From sequence record OQ718158.1: a stretch of 64,000 nucleotides of DNA; one strand, written 5' to 3'. The notes below the pieces were generated by a model. It did no database searches and was not told where the DNA came from. It saw only the letters and a list, made by a program, of their open reading frames with translations. The translations under genes and the position numbers were made by a program. Below, piece after piece: positions 1-9,204 of the stretch. Numbering within the stretch: the stretch's first letter is position 1; every line of letters starts with the position of its first letter.

Positions 1-187
1 TTGATTGGGAATAAAAAGGTATCGACATATAAATCAGATGCTGGTATAATAGCAAATGTAATATTGATAGTGGACCCCAAGACAAAGGATGGGGATATTT
101 ACATAGTCATTTATCAAGATTCGTCGAACAAACGCGATCAGGATATTGATAAATTGAATATTCATTGTGAACTGTAAGGTATAACAA

Positions 188-571
188 ATGATAAACGATG
201 TAATGCTTTATGTATTAATTACTCCGATTCTTATTAACTCAGTAATAACTATTTCAATGGCATTATTTGGTATAGTAGCAATTGTTTATGCGGTTAGTAC
301 TGGAAAGTATACTTTAATTAGTAAGGTTGATTCATGGTTCGCATCTGATAGTGTACCATATTCAGCTAGTATGATTACGATTGGTATTCTAATCGTTGCA
401 TTTACACTGCACTGTATTGGTTTTATTAATACAAGTATTTTTTCAGTTTTTATTGGTCTATCATTATATCCATCACTTTGGTACTTGATTTATGTAATCG
501 ATGTTTGGTATAATAACTACAAGCAGTACAAAGTGAAGAAATCCATTTTATCCAAAGGAAACAAATCATGA
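188..571 (+). CDS. hypothetical membrane protein
   Basis: 127 aa, about three hydrophobic segments, basic C-terminus. Confidence 0.75.
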   Translation: MINDVMLYVLITPILINSVITISMALFGIVAIVYAVSTGKYTLISKVDSWFASDSVPYSASMITIGILIVAFTLHCIGFINTSIFSVFIGLSLYPSLWYLIYVIDVWYNNYKQYKVKKSILSKGNKS

Positions 572-918
572 AAGTAATTTTGTTTTTTGTTTGTATGATT
601 ATATGTGGTATGTCTTATGCAGAACCATTACCTGGACTAGTCTGTACTGAAGGTGATATTAAACACATTTACCAAGGTGATAGCGATGACCATACTATCG
701 TTTATATCGATGGTGAAGTGTATAATTTTGTTAAAGAACATACTGTAGGTGACATTAGTTTTACGCAGTACTCGAATGATACTGATCCCAATATGCTTGC
801 ATTTCTTCAAGTTGATGTATATGAAGAAAGTAATGGTGAACAGTATGTTAAACTTGTGATGATGCGTAAGGCAGCAAAACAGGCAACATTCGGTGGCTTG
901 TGTAAATATGAGGACTAA
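568..918 (+). CDS. hypothetical exported protein
   Basis: Sec-type signal peptide; Cys near both ends of mature part; overlaps upstream stop (ATGA). Confidence 0.75.
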   Translation: MKVILFFVCMIICGMSYAEPLPGLVCTEGDIKHIYQGDSDDHTIVYIDGEVYNFVKEHTVGDISFTQYSNDTDPNMLAFLQVDVYEESNGEQYVKLVMMRKAAKQATFGGLCKYED

Positions 919-922
919 ACAT

Positions 923-1114
923 ATGTTGATTTATCAATGTGATAACATTCGTGTTATGCAGCATCCCTACTTACAAATCTTTGATGTGCAGCAGTATATG
1001 GAAGGTGATGACCCAAGAACCTATGGTCGTAAGTATGATTACTTCACTGTAAAGCAGTGTCATAACATCAAAGAAGTACGACAATTAGTTCAAGAACTTC
1101 AAAATAAAGGTTGA
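923..1114 (+). CDS. hypothetical protein
   Basis: ATG 923 after AGGA SD; ORF-track start 893 trimmed. Confidence 0.65.
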   Translation: MLIYQCDNIRVMQHPYLQIFDVQQYMEGDDPRTYGRKYDYFTVKQCHNIKEVRQLVQELQNKG

Positions 1115-1140
1115 CTTCGGTCAACCTTTTTTGTTATAAT
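1106..1140 (+). promoter_or_regulatory. terminator/sigma70 promoter fusion cassette
   Basis: hairpin AAAGGTTGAC-TTCG-GTCAACCTTT plus T-tract; TTGACT 1111-1116, 18 bp, TG-n-TATAAT 1135-1140. Confidence 0.9.
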
Positions 1141-1169
1141 TACTTCATCAACTACTGGGGATTTTAATT

Positions 1170-1610
1170 ATGTACGTATATCGTTTTGAACTTAAATTCA
1201 GTTATATTGAACCTAACTTAGATCCAGCAAAAACAGTAGGGCCGTTCGCACGGTACTCTTCACGATACAGTACTAAAAATGGATTTGACCGTTTGTGCAT
1301 GACCACGCCTTCGCAATTCCAACCAGAACCAACTGAAGATGGAATCTATTCAATCAAACGTGGCTGGGCATTTGGCTGTCAGAGTTTGAATGATTTGTTT
1401 AAGTTCTTTACTATGGACTTGGGTAAATTACATCGTGCAGGGTTTGCTGTATCAGTATATGAAGTTCCTGATAATCATGTTGACATTGGTCGTAGTCAGG
1501 TTCAGTACTATTGTGGTAGTGCCAATCTGGTTCGTATTATGTCAGTGAGAGAAGCAAAGGATGAGTACCGCCAAAGTAAAAGAGTAATACATGAGGCTGT
1601 ATATGGATAA
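1170..1610 (+). CDS. conserved phage hypothetical protein
   Basis: 146 aa after promoter; GPF..PEP..DG..FG..S..F..GF..YEV..G.SQV pattern resembles a recurrent phage family. Confidence 0.7.
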   Translation: MYVYRFELKFSYIEPNLDPAKTVGPFARYSSRYSTKNGFDRLCMTTPSQFQPEPTEDGIYSIKRGWAFGCQSLNDLFKFFTMDLGKLHRAGFAVSVYEVPDNHVDIGRSQVQYYCGSANLVRIMSVREAKDEYRQSKRVIHEAVYG

Positions 1611-1947
1611 GACTCAAATAGAATTAAAAAAATTTGTATCGTTTTATCTACCCAATGACCCACGTTGTACACAATATGATGTTGCATATTACAATGCATT
1701 GACTACACAGTTAATGAAGAAATTCAAACAGTGTTTGACTGTATTCAATGATGATGGTAGACGTAGATATAGAATCATTCCAATGAATGATGAAAACGAT
1801 AACTACTTTGACTTTGATGTTGTTTTTCGAGCATATAATGATGATAGAATAAAATTAAATTATGAGCAAATAATGCTTGACCTCAGTGTTATCTGTGTTA
1901 TAATTACTCACATAGCCGAACTTGATGGTTTAAAAGAATGGTATTAA
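1603..1947 (+). CDS. hypothetical protein
   Basis: ATG 1603 after GAGG SD, coupled to upstream gene. Confidence 0.7.
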   Translation: MDKTQIELKKFVSFYLPNDPRCTQYDVAYYNALTTQLMKKFKQCLTVFNDDGRRRYRIIPMNDENDNYFDFDVVFRAYNDDRIKLNYEQIMLDLSVICVIITHIAELDGLKEWY

Positions 1948-1961
1948 CTTAGAGGATAATC

Positions 1962-2228
1962 ATGAAGCTTAAATTACAATACAATGGTTTTACTTTGCGT
2001 AACGACACTGAGTTTGTCAATCGTTCACCAGGTGCTGAGTTGTTTTTGCGAGAGATGAACATTCCTTTCGTCATCACTACTGTTGGTGACCGTGAAGTGC
2101 TACAATACGCAGAGCATCCAGTTATTGATGTTCCGTGGTATTCTGAGCATATGTATATGGATATGGCCCGTCGCTACGACTGTAAGTTCGTAGTTGAAGG
2201 TGATAAAATTACAGTCCAATTCAAATAA
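1962..2228 (+). CDS. hypothetical protein
   Basis: GAGG SD, operon context. Confidence 0.75.
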   Translation: MKLKLQYNGFTLRNDTEFVNRSPGAELFLREMNIPFVITTVGDREVLQYAEHPVIDVPWYSEHMYMDMARRYDCKFVVEGDKITVQFK

Positions 2229-2239
2229 GGTAACTTAAA

Positions 2240-2533
2240 ATGATCAGTACTTCAGTAAATGCAAGCATCGTGGCAGACGTAGAAATGGTTAAAGAATGTA
2301 CAGACGAAACCCTTCGCAACATGTACATCAATGATTTGATTTCAGAGTACGGAAGTCGTGGTGTTCATGAGTTTGTTCGCCTAAGCGGTGAATTGATGAA
2401 GAATCGCATTCGTATGAAGCTTAATGTGCATCCAAAAGCATGGGCGTTTACAATGAAGTACGCTGAAGATATTGTTGAGTTGCGTCGCAATGATGTGTAT
2501 AATCGTTTACACAATGGTACATTAAAGGACTAA
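2240..2533 (+). CDS. hypothetical protein
   Basis: AAGGT SD, operon context. Confidence 0.75.
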   Translation: MISTSVNASIVADVEMVKECTDETLRNMYINDLISEYGSRGVHEFVRLSGELMKNRIRMKLNVHPKAWAFTMKYAEDIVELRRNDVYNRLHNGTLKD

Positions 2534-2538
2534 ATTAT

Positions 2539-2560
2539 AGGAATCCGTAAAAGGATTCCT
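2539..2560 (+). terminator. possible intrinsic terminator
   Basis: AGGAATCC-GTAAAA-GGATTCCT hairpin; weak T-tract. Confidence 0.4.
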
Positions 2561-2583
2561 GTTCTTGTTTATAAGGTAATAAA

Positions 2584-2808
2584 ATGAAATATCTAGTACT
2601 AGTACTGCTATTCTTGAGTACTGTTGTATGTGCTAAACCAAAGTATCATGTAGTGTGTATCAACGAGATGGAAGGATATACTGAAACATATAAGAACCAT
2701 ATTGTTGAAGTTGCAGCCCAAGGTTCCTATGGGACCATCATCTTCCTTAAGAACAATGTGATTGTTCAGTACAAAAAAGATTCAAATTGTAAAGTGACTA
2801 AAAAATGA
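2584..2808 (+). CDS. hypothetical exported protein
   Basis: signal peptide MKYLVLVLLFLSTVVCA; two Cys bracket the mature domain. Confidence 0.7.
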   Translation: MKYLVLVLLFLSTVVCAKPKYHVVCINEMEGYTETYKNHIVEVAAQGSYGTIIFLKNNVIVQYKKDSNCKVTKK

Positions 2809-2878
2809 TCTAGATCAATTTTTCAGATATTCTCTGTAAATAATAGCAGTACAGAACATTATTTTACGGAGGTGTAAT

Positions 2879-3115
2879 ATGGAAACTATAATCATCATAT
2901 GTGCGTTGTTTGCATTTTTGGTAATGTGGTCACCAACATTCATTGCATATAAAATGAAAAATAAAAATGCAGAAGCAATTATGTACGTAAACTTATGTTG
3001 CATACTAACTTATGGAATACTTTTATTCTTTACTGAATTTACATTAATCCCAGTAGTAGTTTGTTCATCAATGTTTATTTGGTTGTTTCTGCTTTATGAA
3101 TCTATTAAAAAATAA
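2879..3115 (+). CDS. superinfection immunity (T4 Imm-like) membrane protein
   Basis: 78 aa, hydrophobic; SPTFIAYKMKNKN..AI.YVNL pattern recalls T4 Imm; GGAGGT SD. Confidence 0.5.
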   Translation: METIIIICALFAFLVMWSPTFIAYKMKNKNAEAIMYVNLCCILTYGILLFFTEFTLIPVVVCSSMFIWLFLLYESIKK

Positions 3116-3169
3116 AAGATATAGGGTTGGTAATATGCCATCCCTTTTACTTTATGTGGGGTTTAATTA

Positions 3170-3742
3170 ATGAATAGAAAAGGTAAGTTCAAAGTATCAA
3201 AGAAGAACAAAAGTTCTAGATTTAGACCTATAACTTTAACTTTTAAGGCTAAAGAAGAATTAACTGCACTTAGTAAAAAGATAATTTCATCTAAGATTAA
3301 AGTATCATACGTAAATTCGGTAAAATTTCAGAAGGTTAAACCACAAGACAAACTCATTTCACTTATATTTAAACGTAATGATTTTGAGATATTAGTAGAT
3401 GATTATAGAGCCTATAATGCTGGATTCATTCATGTCACTTGTAATACCGAACTAACTGAGTTGGAACATTTGACATGTATCATAAGTGTAGATAACGGTG
3501 TGGTGAAGTACAATTTTTTACATTTTACCAATATCAATAATGGAATGGGTGTACAATCCAGACCTATAGTACCTACATGTGATGTGACTAATTTAGCAAA
3601 GCTCAATGAAGAAGAATATTTTCAAGAAAGCATTGTAACTGAGCATTTAGATGCTATAATAGCAACTTACAAAGAATGCATATGGGTTTTGAATGCGATA
3701 AAGCCCAAATTGTGTTTAATGAATGTCGTTCGTGATTTATAA
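3170..3742 (+). CDS. hypothetical protein, basic N-terminus, EE.xFQxS family
   Basis: K/R-rich N-terminus; LNEEEYFQES near C-terminus, shared with 19835 and 39214. Confidence 0.7.
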   Translation: MNRKGKFKVSKKNKSSRFRPITLTFKAKEELTALSKKIISSKIKVSYVNSVKFQKVKPQDKLISLIFKRNDFEILVDDYRAYNAGFIHVTCNTELTELEHLTCIISVDNGVVKYNFLHFTNINNGMGVQSRPIVPTCDVTNLAKLNEEEYFQESIVTEHLDAIIATYKECIWVLNAIKPKLCLMNVVRDL

Positions 3743-3755
3743 CTGGAGATGTAGT

Positions 3756-4199
3756 ATGGGTTGGATTAACGTTAATAGCATTGAACTAAATGAGCAAGAC
3801 ATATTTGCCTTTGTTAATTTGGTAGAGAACATTGCTATTAAAGGTCGTCTGTTTAGTTCATCGGACGGTAAAAAATGGATCTCTCTTATGAACGACAATG
3901 GCGAGATTTATGACGTTATGCAACTACCTCATTGGGCTTATAAGAATACATCTGATGATGTGATGGCTGCTGTTATGCGTGAGTTTGAGAAGCTGCCAGG
4001 TGGTGATATTAAGAACATCGTATTCAATGCAGAACGCATGAACTACACACCAGAGCAGCTTCAACAGTTGGCAATTGCTGCCTATCAAGCTGCCATTAAG
4101 AAACCTGAATGTGTGATATTAAAGTACACACCGAACTTGAAGTTAACACTAGAAGATATGGATTCCTTTATCTTCAGTTCAGAACTTAAACAGTACTGA
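3756..4199 (+). CDS. hypothetical protein
   Basis: ATG 3756 after GGAG SD. Confidence 0.75.
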   Translation: MGWINVNSIELNEQDIFAFVNLVENIAIKGRLFSSSDGKKWISLMNDNGEIYDVMQLPHWAYKNTSDDVMAAVMREFEKLPGGDIKNIVFNAERMNYTPEQLQQLAIAAYQAAIKKPECVILKYTPNLKLTLEDMDSFIFSSELKQY

Positions 4200-4270
4200 T
4201 TTGACTTTGGAACAACCATTTCATATGTGATATAATCTTAAGTGTCTGTTGAAATAAACAGCACATGAAG

Positions 4271-4278
4271 TATAAATA
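4271..4278 (+). promoter_or_regulatory. T4-type late promoter
   Basis: exact TATAAATA about 30 bp upstream of the ORF at 4311. Confidence 0.65.
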
Positions 4279-4310
4279 TTAAAGTAATTTATCTCTTTAA
4301 GGAGTATGAA

Positions 4311-4694
4311 ATGGTTGATAAATGGAATAAGAAAGATCCATCGCATGATGTGGATATTTCTGGAATTGATAATGCACATAAGCATAAGTATCTTGATTCA
4401 CTAGGTCTACTAAAGCCTGACCAAAGTCTTGCACATGATCGTCCTTCACGCGAAAAAGCTTTCAGTTTAGAATCACTAGGCCATGAATTGAATCGTGTAT
4501 TTGAAGATCATCCAATTTATGTACGTGATATCATTGAGAAACTTAAAGTGACTCCTAAAGAGCACTTCAAGGCAACAGTACACGCAGCATTCCGTGCACT
4601 ACATGAAGCACTAAAGAAAACTCATAACCTTCGTAAGATTCATGATGATATCGTGAACTCTATTGAAGGCGAAAAACATAAGTTTAAAAAATAA
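4311..4694 (+). CDS. His-rich helical protein, putative late/internal virion protein
   Basis: AAGGAG SD; late promoter; aligns with N-terminal part of 5566..7053. Confidence 0.75.
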   Translation: MVDKWNKKDPSHDVDISGIDNAHKHKYLDSLGLLKPDQSLAHDRPSREKAFSLESLGHELNRVFEDHPIYVRDIIEKLKVTPKEHFKATVHAAFRALHEALKKTHNLRKIHDDIVNSIEGEKHKFKK

Positions 4695-4700
4695 TTAAAA

Positions 4701-4734
4701 GGGGTTGACTTCAGTCAGCCCTTTGTCGTATAAT
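4701..4734 (+). promoter_or_regulatory. terminator/sigma70 promoter fusion cassette
   Basis: GGGGTTGACTTCAGTCAGCCC hairpin; TTGACT 4705, TATAAT 4729. Confidence 0.8.
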
Positions 4735-4781
4735 ATTTTCATCAAGTGATACAAAATACAAACAACGTGAGGTATTAAATT

Positions 4782-4895
4782 ATGCAAGGTACTAAATTCA
4801 TCATCGCTGCCCTAATCGCTGCTGTTGTAGTGGGTACAGTATGTTATTCAATTGACACCTATATCAATACACCTAGTGTTGAACAAACCAAATAA
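4782..4895 (+). CDS. small single-TM protein (37 aa)
   Basis: MQGTKFIIAALIAAVVVGTVCY..., GAGGT SD; below ORF-track cutoff, translated by hand. Confidence 0.6.
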   Translation: MQGTKFIIAALIAAVVVGTVCYSIDTYINTPSVEQTK

Positions 4896-4903
4896 GGGAT
4901 ATC

Positions 4904-5167
4904 ATGGCTGAAACATTATCACTATATGCGTTAGTACTGTTATTTGTCGGATTTCTTCCCGCACTCATTACAGCCATTCGTGTTGTTAAACATGAAGCTG
5001 CATTGATTGTATGTAGTATTGGGTCGAACATTCTATTGTATTTCTTTTTGACAAACACTATTGTACTGTTCGCTTTCTTTATCATGATTCTGTGGGTACT
5101 TGTAATTCTCGGATTCTTCATTTGGTCATTGGTTGATCCTAAGAAAAAAACAGGAGAAGTGAAATGA
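4904..5167 (+). CDS. superinfection immunity (T4 Imm-like) membrane protein
   Basis: FLPALITAIR...FIWSLVDPKKK resembles T4 Imm LPWFIALMR...FIWSIAGETKK. Confidence 0.5.
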   Translation: MAETLSLYALVLLFVGFLPALITAIRVVKHEAALIVCSIGSNILLYFFLTNTIVLFAFFIMILWVLVILGFFIWSLVDPKKKTGEVK

Positions 5168-5460
5168 AATTAATTATTGTAATGATGATGTTTTTGGCTT
5201 TCCCAGTACTGGCTACTCCTAATCTGGACTGCACACTGTTGCGTTCAGATGGTGACACACTTGAAATCAACACATATGAACTCTTTGGTCCAAGTGTAGT
5301 GGAGAATGAAACCACCTACAATTTCAAAGCTATTGACTTTGAAGGTAATGTTCCAGTACTAACTACAATGACTATTGACAAAACTACTTTACTCGGACGA
5401 ATCACCACACAACGCGGAGAAAGTAAAACATTCACAGCGAAAGCTGACTGTAACTACTAA
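5164..5460 (+). CDS. hypothetical exported protein
   Basis: signal peptide ending VLA; N- and C-terminal Cys. Confidence 0.7.
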   Translation: MKLIIVMMMFLAFPVLATPNLDCTLLRSDGDTLEINTYELFGPSVVENETTYNFKAIDFEGNVPVLTTMTIDKTTLLGRITTQRGESKTFTAKADCNY

Positions 5461-5481
5461 TGGTATAGTACAGTGAAAATA

Positions 5482-5520
5482 GGGTTGACTTCGGTCAACC
5501 TTTTCTTTATACTATAAATA
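5482..5520 (+). promoter_or_regulatory. terminator plus overlapping early (TTGACT-17-TATACT) and late (TATAAATA) promoters
   Basis: hairpin GGTTGAC-TTCG-GTCAACC; TATACT 5508-5513; TATAAATA 5513-5520. Confidence 0.75.
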
Positions 5521-5565
5521 TAGTCATAGAGAATAAACAATATGAAATCTATGGAGAGAAATCAA

Positions 5566-7053
5566 ATGCCAGGTCAATTTACTGATAAAAATGGCGGGAA
5601 CATGGCAGGTCACTCTGATAAATGGAGTGAACGCAATCGTCGTCAAAATAGCTACCAAGCAGGACAGGGGTCACGTGGTTCACGTAATCAAGGGACAGGT
5701 TTAGCTGGTAAGGCAAACGCAGAAGCAGGTGAAGTTAAGAGTACTGAGAACATGACTGAGCTAGAAAAGCTACGTTATGTTAACTCATTAGGTCTTCTTA
5801 ACGCAACACAGAAACAACGCCTTGCTGATATGGAACGTGCTGAGAAAGAACAAGAAGTTCCTAAAGAAGAACCAAAACCAGAAGCTCCTAAAGCAGCTAA
5901 CCCTGTTAAAGAGTTATCTGATAACTTAGGTAAGATCTTTGCTAACAAACCACAGTTGATTCAGGGTATTGTCAAAGCACTACAGGCAGTTCCTAAAGAA
6001 GAACTCAAAGGTAAAGCACAAGCTGTACTTGATGCAATGAAAGGTAATAAGAGCACTGAACCTACTGAAGTATTCAGTACTATCATGCGTGCACTTGAAG
6101 GTACACACAAAGAAGATTCCAAAGAACCTGAACAGGGTGAAGCAAGTCTTGATGGTATTCTTAAAACTTTTGATAGTATTGGTAAAGCAGACCGTGCTAA
6201 TGCCCAGCAAGTCAAGAATGTACTGGCTAAACTTGAAAACCGTTTAGAAGGTAAAGATGATAAGGTTAAGCTCGTATCAGATGCAGTTAACAGTGCACTT
6301 AAATCTTATGTACAAGGTGAGAAAAGTCGCTTCGTAACAGCTATGGATGCTGCATTCAACACTATGAAAAAGTATGAAGCAGAACATGGTGAGAAAGTGA
6401 CACCTGATGGATATCTACTACGTAAAGATGAAGAAGGTGCAGTTGAACAGAAAGATGTTGAGCCTGAGCAAGAAGATCTACCTGATACCGTTGATATGGA
6501 TGGATACATTCATCGTCCTGAGATGGAAGAGTTTGGGTCAGATAAAGAAGGTTTTGAACATGCAATGGCAGTATATAAAGCATTAGTTAAAAATCCAGAT
6601 TATGCTAACCGTTTTGTTGACGAGTTTGATAGTGCATGGAATAACTACAAAGAGAAAGGTTATGATTTCCCTGCTGAAGCTGCATTCTTTGAACTTGGTA
6701 AACTATTAGCTAAACATGGAATTGACGTTGGTTCATCTGATTCCGAAGGTATGGAAGAAGAACATCTTGAAATGACTGATAAATCAATTCATGAACTTCA
6801 AAAGTTAATGATGTGGATATCCGAGATTGGTAAAAAAGCAGGTGCTGATAGTAAAAGTATCAACAAAAATATTAGTTGGATTAAAGATAATGTTGGTAAC
6901 AATGCTCGTAAACTTCAAAAGGCTTGGGCTGATTTAGTAAATGGTGCAGATGATGTTGACATTGAATCACCAGAAGCATATGAGTATGCACTAACTACAC
7001 TTGATAACTCATTCAAAGAGTACGACCGTGGTGTTGGAAAGGATAAAAAATAA
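5566..7053 (+). CDS. large charged helical protein, putative internal virion protein
   Basis: likely start MPGQF at 5566 (GGAGAG SD; ORF open from 5542); K/E/D-rich; early and late promoters. Confidence 0.8.
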   Translation: MPGQFTDKNGGNMAGHSDKWSERNRRQNSYQAGQGSRGSRNQGTGLAGKANAEAGEVKSTENMTELEKLRYVNSLGLLNATQKQRLADMERAEKEQEVPKEEPKPEAPKAANPVKELSDNLGKIFANKPQLIQGIVKALQAVPKEELKGKAQAVLDAMKGNKSTEPTEVFSTIMRALEGTHKEDSKEPEQGEASLDGILKTFDSIGKADRANAQQVKNVLAKLENRLEGKDDKVKLVSDAVNSALKSYVQGEKSRFVTAMDAAFNTMKKYEAEHGEKVTPDGYLLRKDEEGAVEQKDVEPEQEDLPDTVDMDGYIHRPEMEEFGSDKEGFEHAMAVYKALVKNPDYANRFVDEFDSAWNNYKEKGYDFPAEAAFFELGKLLAKHGIDVGSSDSEGMEEEHLEMTDKSIHELQKLMMWISEIGKKAGADSKSINKNISWIKDNVGNNARKLQKAWADLVNGADDVDIESPEAYEYALTTLDNSFKEYDRGVGKDKK

Positions 7054-7060
7054 ACATTTA

Positions 7061-7095
7061 AAAGGTTGACTTCGGTCAACCTTTTTTTGTAAATA
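7061..7095 (+). terminator. intrinsic terminator followed by TAAATA
   Basis: AAAGGTTGAC-TTCG-GTCAACCTTTTTTT then GTAAATA. Confidence 0.85.
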
Positions 7096-7124
7096 TTGTA
7101 GAGGGTTTTATAAGAGGTAATGCA

Positions 7125-7376
7125 ATGTTTAAATATGTTTTATTTTCACTTGTATTGTTTACTGATATAGTTTATAGTACTGAATACCAGTGCTCCATTG
7201 CTAGACAGGAGTTTAGAAACGGTGAGTTCTATACCAAGTCTTACACTAGAGGATTGGTACATGACAATAATAAAACTATAGGGTTCAATGCATTTGATAA
7301 CAAAGATCGATATACGTCTGGAATACTATCTGAACGTAAGTCTGATATACTAGGTATCGAGCGTGAATTCCGGTGA
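7125..7376 (+). CDS. hypothetical exported protein (possibly N-half of a split gene)
   Basis: signal-like N-terminus, GAGGT SD. Confidence 0.6.
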   Translation: MFKYVLFSLVLFTDIVYSTEYQCSIARQEFRNGEFYTKSYTRGLVHDNNKTIGFNAFDNKDRYTSGILSERKSDILGIEREFR

Positions 7377-7737
7377 CACGGTTGCAATGTGTAATGATAT
7401 TGAGAGTACTAAGAAAGTATATACTAATGGTGAAAATACTTTTAGATTCCACAATCTTACTACTAATGAAAGTTTATACTTCTACAACTGTAAAGAGTTC
7501 ATTAAACCTGTGGATAACTCATGTGATATGCCGGAGCCAAAAGCTGCTGTATGTGAGGAACCACAATCCAAAGCTGACAAAGATTCAAAAGATAAGAAAG
7601 ACAAAGCTGACAAATCGGATAAAAAAGAAAACAAAAAGAAAGCTAAAGATGATAAAGATAAAAAGTCCCCTAAGCCAAATCCATTTGAAAAGCCAAAGAA
7701 TGAAAAGCCAAAACCAGACATGACATGTAAAATATAA
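7363..7737 (+). CDS. hypothetical protein with K/D low-complexity tail
   Basis: GTG start overlapping upstream ORF; KADKDSKDKK tail. Confidence 0.55.
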   Translation: MNSGDTVAMCNDIESTKKVYTNGENTFRFHNLTTNESLYFYNCKEFIKPVDNSCDMPEPKAAVCEEPQSKADKDSKDKKDKADKSDKKENKKKAKDDKDKKSPKPNPFEKPKNEKPKPDMTCKI

Positions 7738-7743
7738 AAGAAA

Positions 7744-7777
7744 AGGGTTGACTTCGGTCGGCCTTTTTTGCTATAAT
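7744..7777 (+). promoter_or_regulatory. terminator/sigma70 promoter fusion cassette
   Basis: GGGTTGACTTCGGTCGGCC hairpin; TTGACT 7748, TGCTATAAT 7769-7777. Confidence 0.85.
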
Positions 7778-7803
7778 CATTTCATCAACTACTGGAGGCA
7801 AAC

Positions 7804-8217
7804 ATGTTAAAAGTTATTTTCCGTTCTATCAGTTCATTACTTCTTATGATTAGTTCAGTTTGTTATGCAAATGAAGTATCTGATTTATTTGAGAAGAATT
7901 ACCCAACTGCACAAGAGATGGGTGTTTTAAAATGCAAGCTAACTTCGTACAACATCATCGGCAGTAAACTTGTACTAGAACATGAACGTAGTACACCAAT
8001 CCCTCTAGTAGAAGAAGGTAGTACCTTTAGCTTCAAGTACGGGGTGAACGTAACATCTGGTGTAATGAACAATGTTGATGCAGAGACTGGTTCAACATGG
8101 AGTACTAGCGGTAAAGATGTGTTTCATCGTATGCGTGAAAATGGTAAACTGAAGTACGTATATGAAAGTTCATTCATGAAACGTGTATTCATTATAAAAA
8201 ATTGTGTACCAGCATAA
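7804..8217 (+). CDS. hypothetical exported protein
   Basis: signal peptide ending CYA; GGAGG SD. Confidence 0.75.
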   Translation: MLKVIFRSISSLLLMISSVCYANEVSDLFEKNYPTAQEMGVLKCKLTSYNIIGSKLVLEHERSTPIPLVEEGSTFSFKYGVNVTSGVMNNVDAETGSTWSTSGKDVFHRMRENGKLKYVYESSFMKRVFIIKNCVPA

Positions 8218-8228
8218 GGAACAACATC

Positions 8229-8504
8229 ATGCGTTCATTTGAAAACTTAATAGGTAAACTTCGCTTACAAGAAATTGAAGCTGATGTGAAGGAATTATCT
8301 GAAACTAAGAGTTACATTCATTTAGATGAACTGTTTATTAAGTACGGTGAGATTGGTTTTAAGTCATTATTTGTGTTTGTCATGAAGGTGCATAGTTTAA
8401 AGTACTTTGATTTGAGTTCAAAAGACGGACAACCAAATCTGTATTACATGTATTATCTTAAGAACATAGACGAAGCTAATACATTATTCTTAGAATATAT
8501 GTAG
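8229..8504 (+). CDS. hypothetical protein
   Basis: ATG 8229 after AAGGA. Confidence 0.65.
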   Translation: MRSFENLIGKLRLQEIEADVKELSETKSYIHLDELFIKYGEIGFKSLFVFVMKVHSLKYFDLSSKDGQPNLYYMYYLKNIDEANTLFLEYM

Positions 8505-8513
8505 GGGTAAAAA

Positions 8514-8852
8514 ATGGAACAACATTTTGAATTAATTAATAAGGTATCATTTTATGTAGTATCATTAATTTGGGTGTATTACATGTTTTGTTACATTATT
8601 GCATTCTTCCGATACACGACCTTGTATCAACGCATATACTACGATGCACCCATTTCATTTATGATGTTCTGTGCATGTACGTGGGGGATAATTGAAGCAC
8701 TGGTATGTGGATATAGTACTGACGAATTAAATCTCGTATCGGGGTTGACATTACTAACAATTGCCATTATGATAGCTACTGTTCCGATATTTTTGCTCTT
8801 TAAACTGCTTCATCGTATCGATGAGTGGCGTAATAAAATCCCTGAAAAGTAA
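8514..8852 (+). CDS. 3-TM membrane protein, paralog family
   Basis: three TM segments, ends WRNKIPEK. Confidence 0.8.
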   Translation: MEQHFELINKVSFYVVSLIWVYYMFCYIIAFFRYTTLYQRIYYDAPISFMMFCACTWGIIEALVCGYSTDELNLVSGLTLLTIAIMIATVPIFLLFKLLHRIDEWRNKIPEK

Positions 8853-8855
8853 GGA

Positions 8856-9203
8856 TTGATAATGATTTTTTACACTAATGCGTTTGCTTATGCCGTTGCA
8901 TCAATCTACATTGTGTACTTCTTATTTGGTGGAGTACTGTACTTCTTTAAGTACAAAACATTGTTTAACCGAATGTATCCAAATCACCCAATTGTAGTAG
9001 TACTTTTGATGATTTCTGTTGCTCACATCATTGTAGAAACAATAATGGGTATCAGTGCAGTACATTACAGTCTAGGTACTATTGTGATTATTACTATGAT
9101 CATCGCATACATTTTAGTAATGGGTTCTGGTTTATTTGGGAATGTAGCAATGAAATTGTATAATCGAATTAAAACCTTACGTGATAATCTACCGGAGCGT
9201 TGA
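8856..9203 (+). CDS. 3-TM membrane protein, paralog family
   Basis: YFFKYKTLFNRMYP, ends LRDNLPER. Confidence 0.8.
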   Translation: MIMIFYTNAFAYAVASIYIVYFLFGGVLYFFKYKTLFNRMYPNHPIVVVLLMISVAHIIVETIMGISAVHYSLGTIVIITMIIAYILVMGSGLFGNVAMKLYNRIKTLRDNLPER

Positions 9204-9204
9204 G

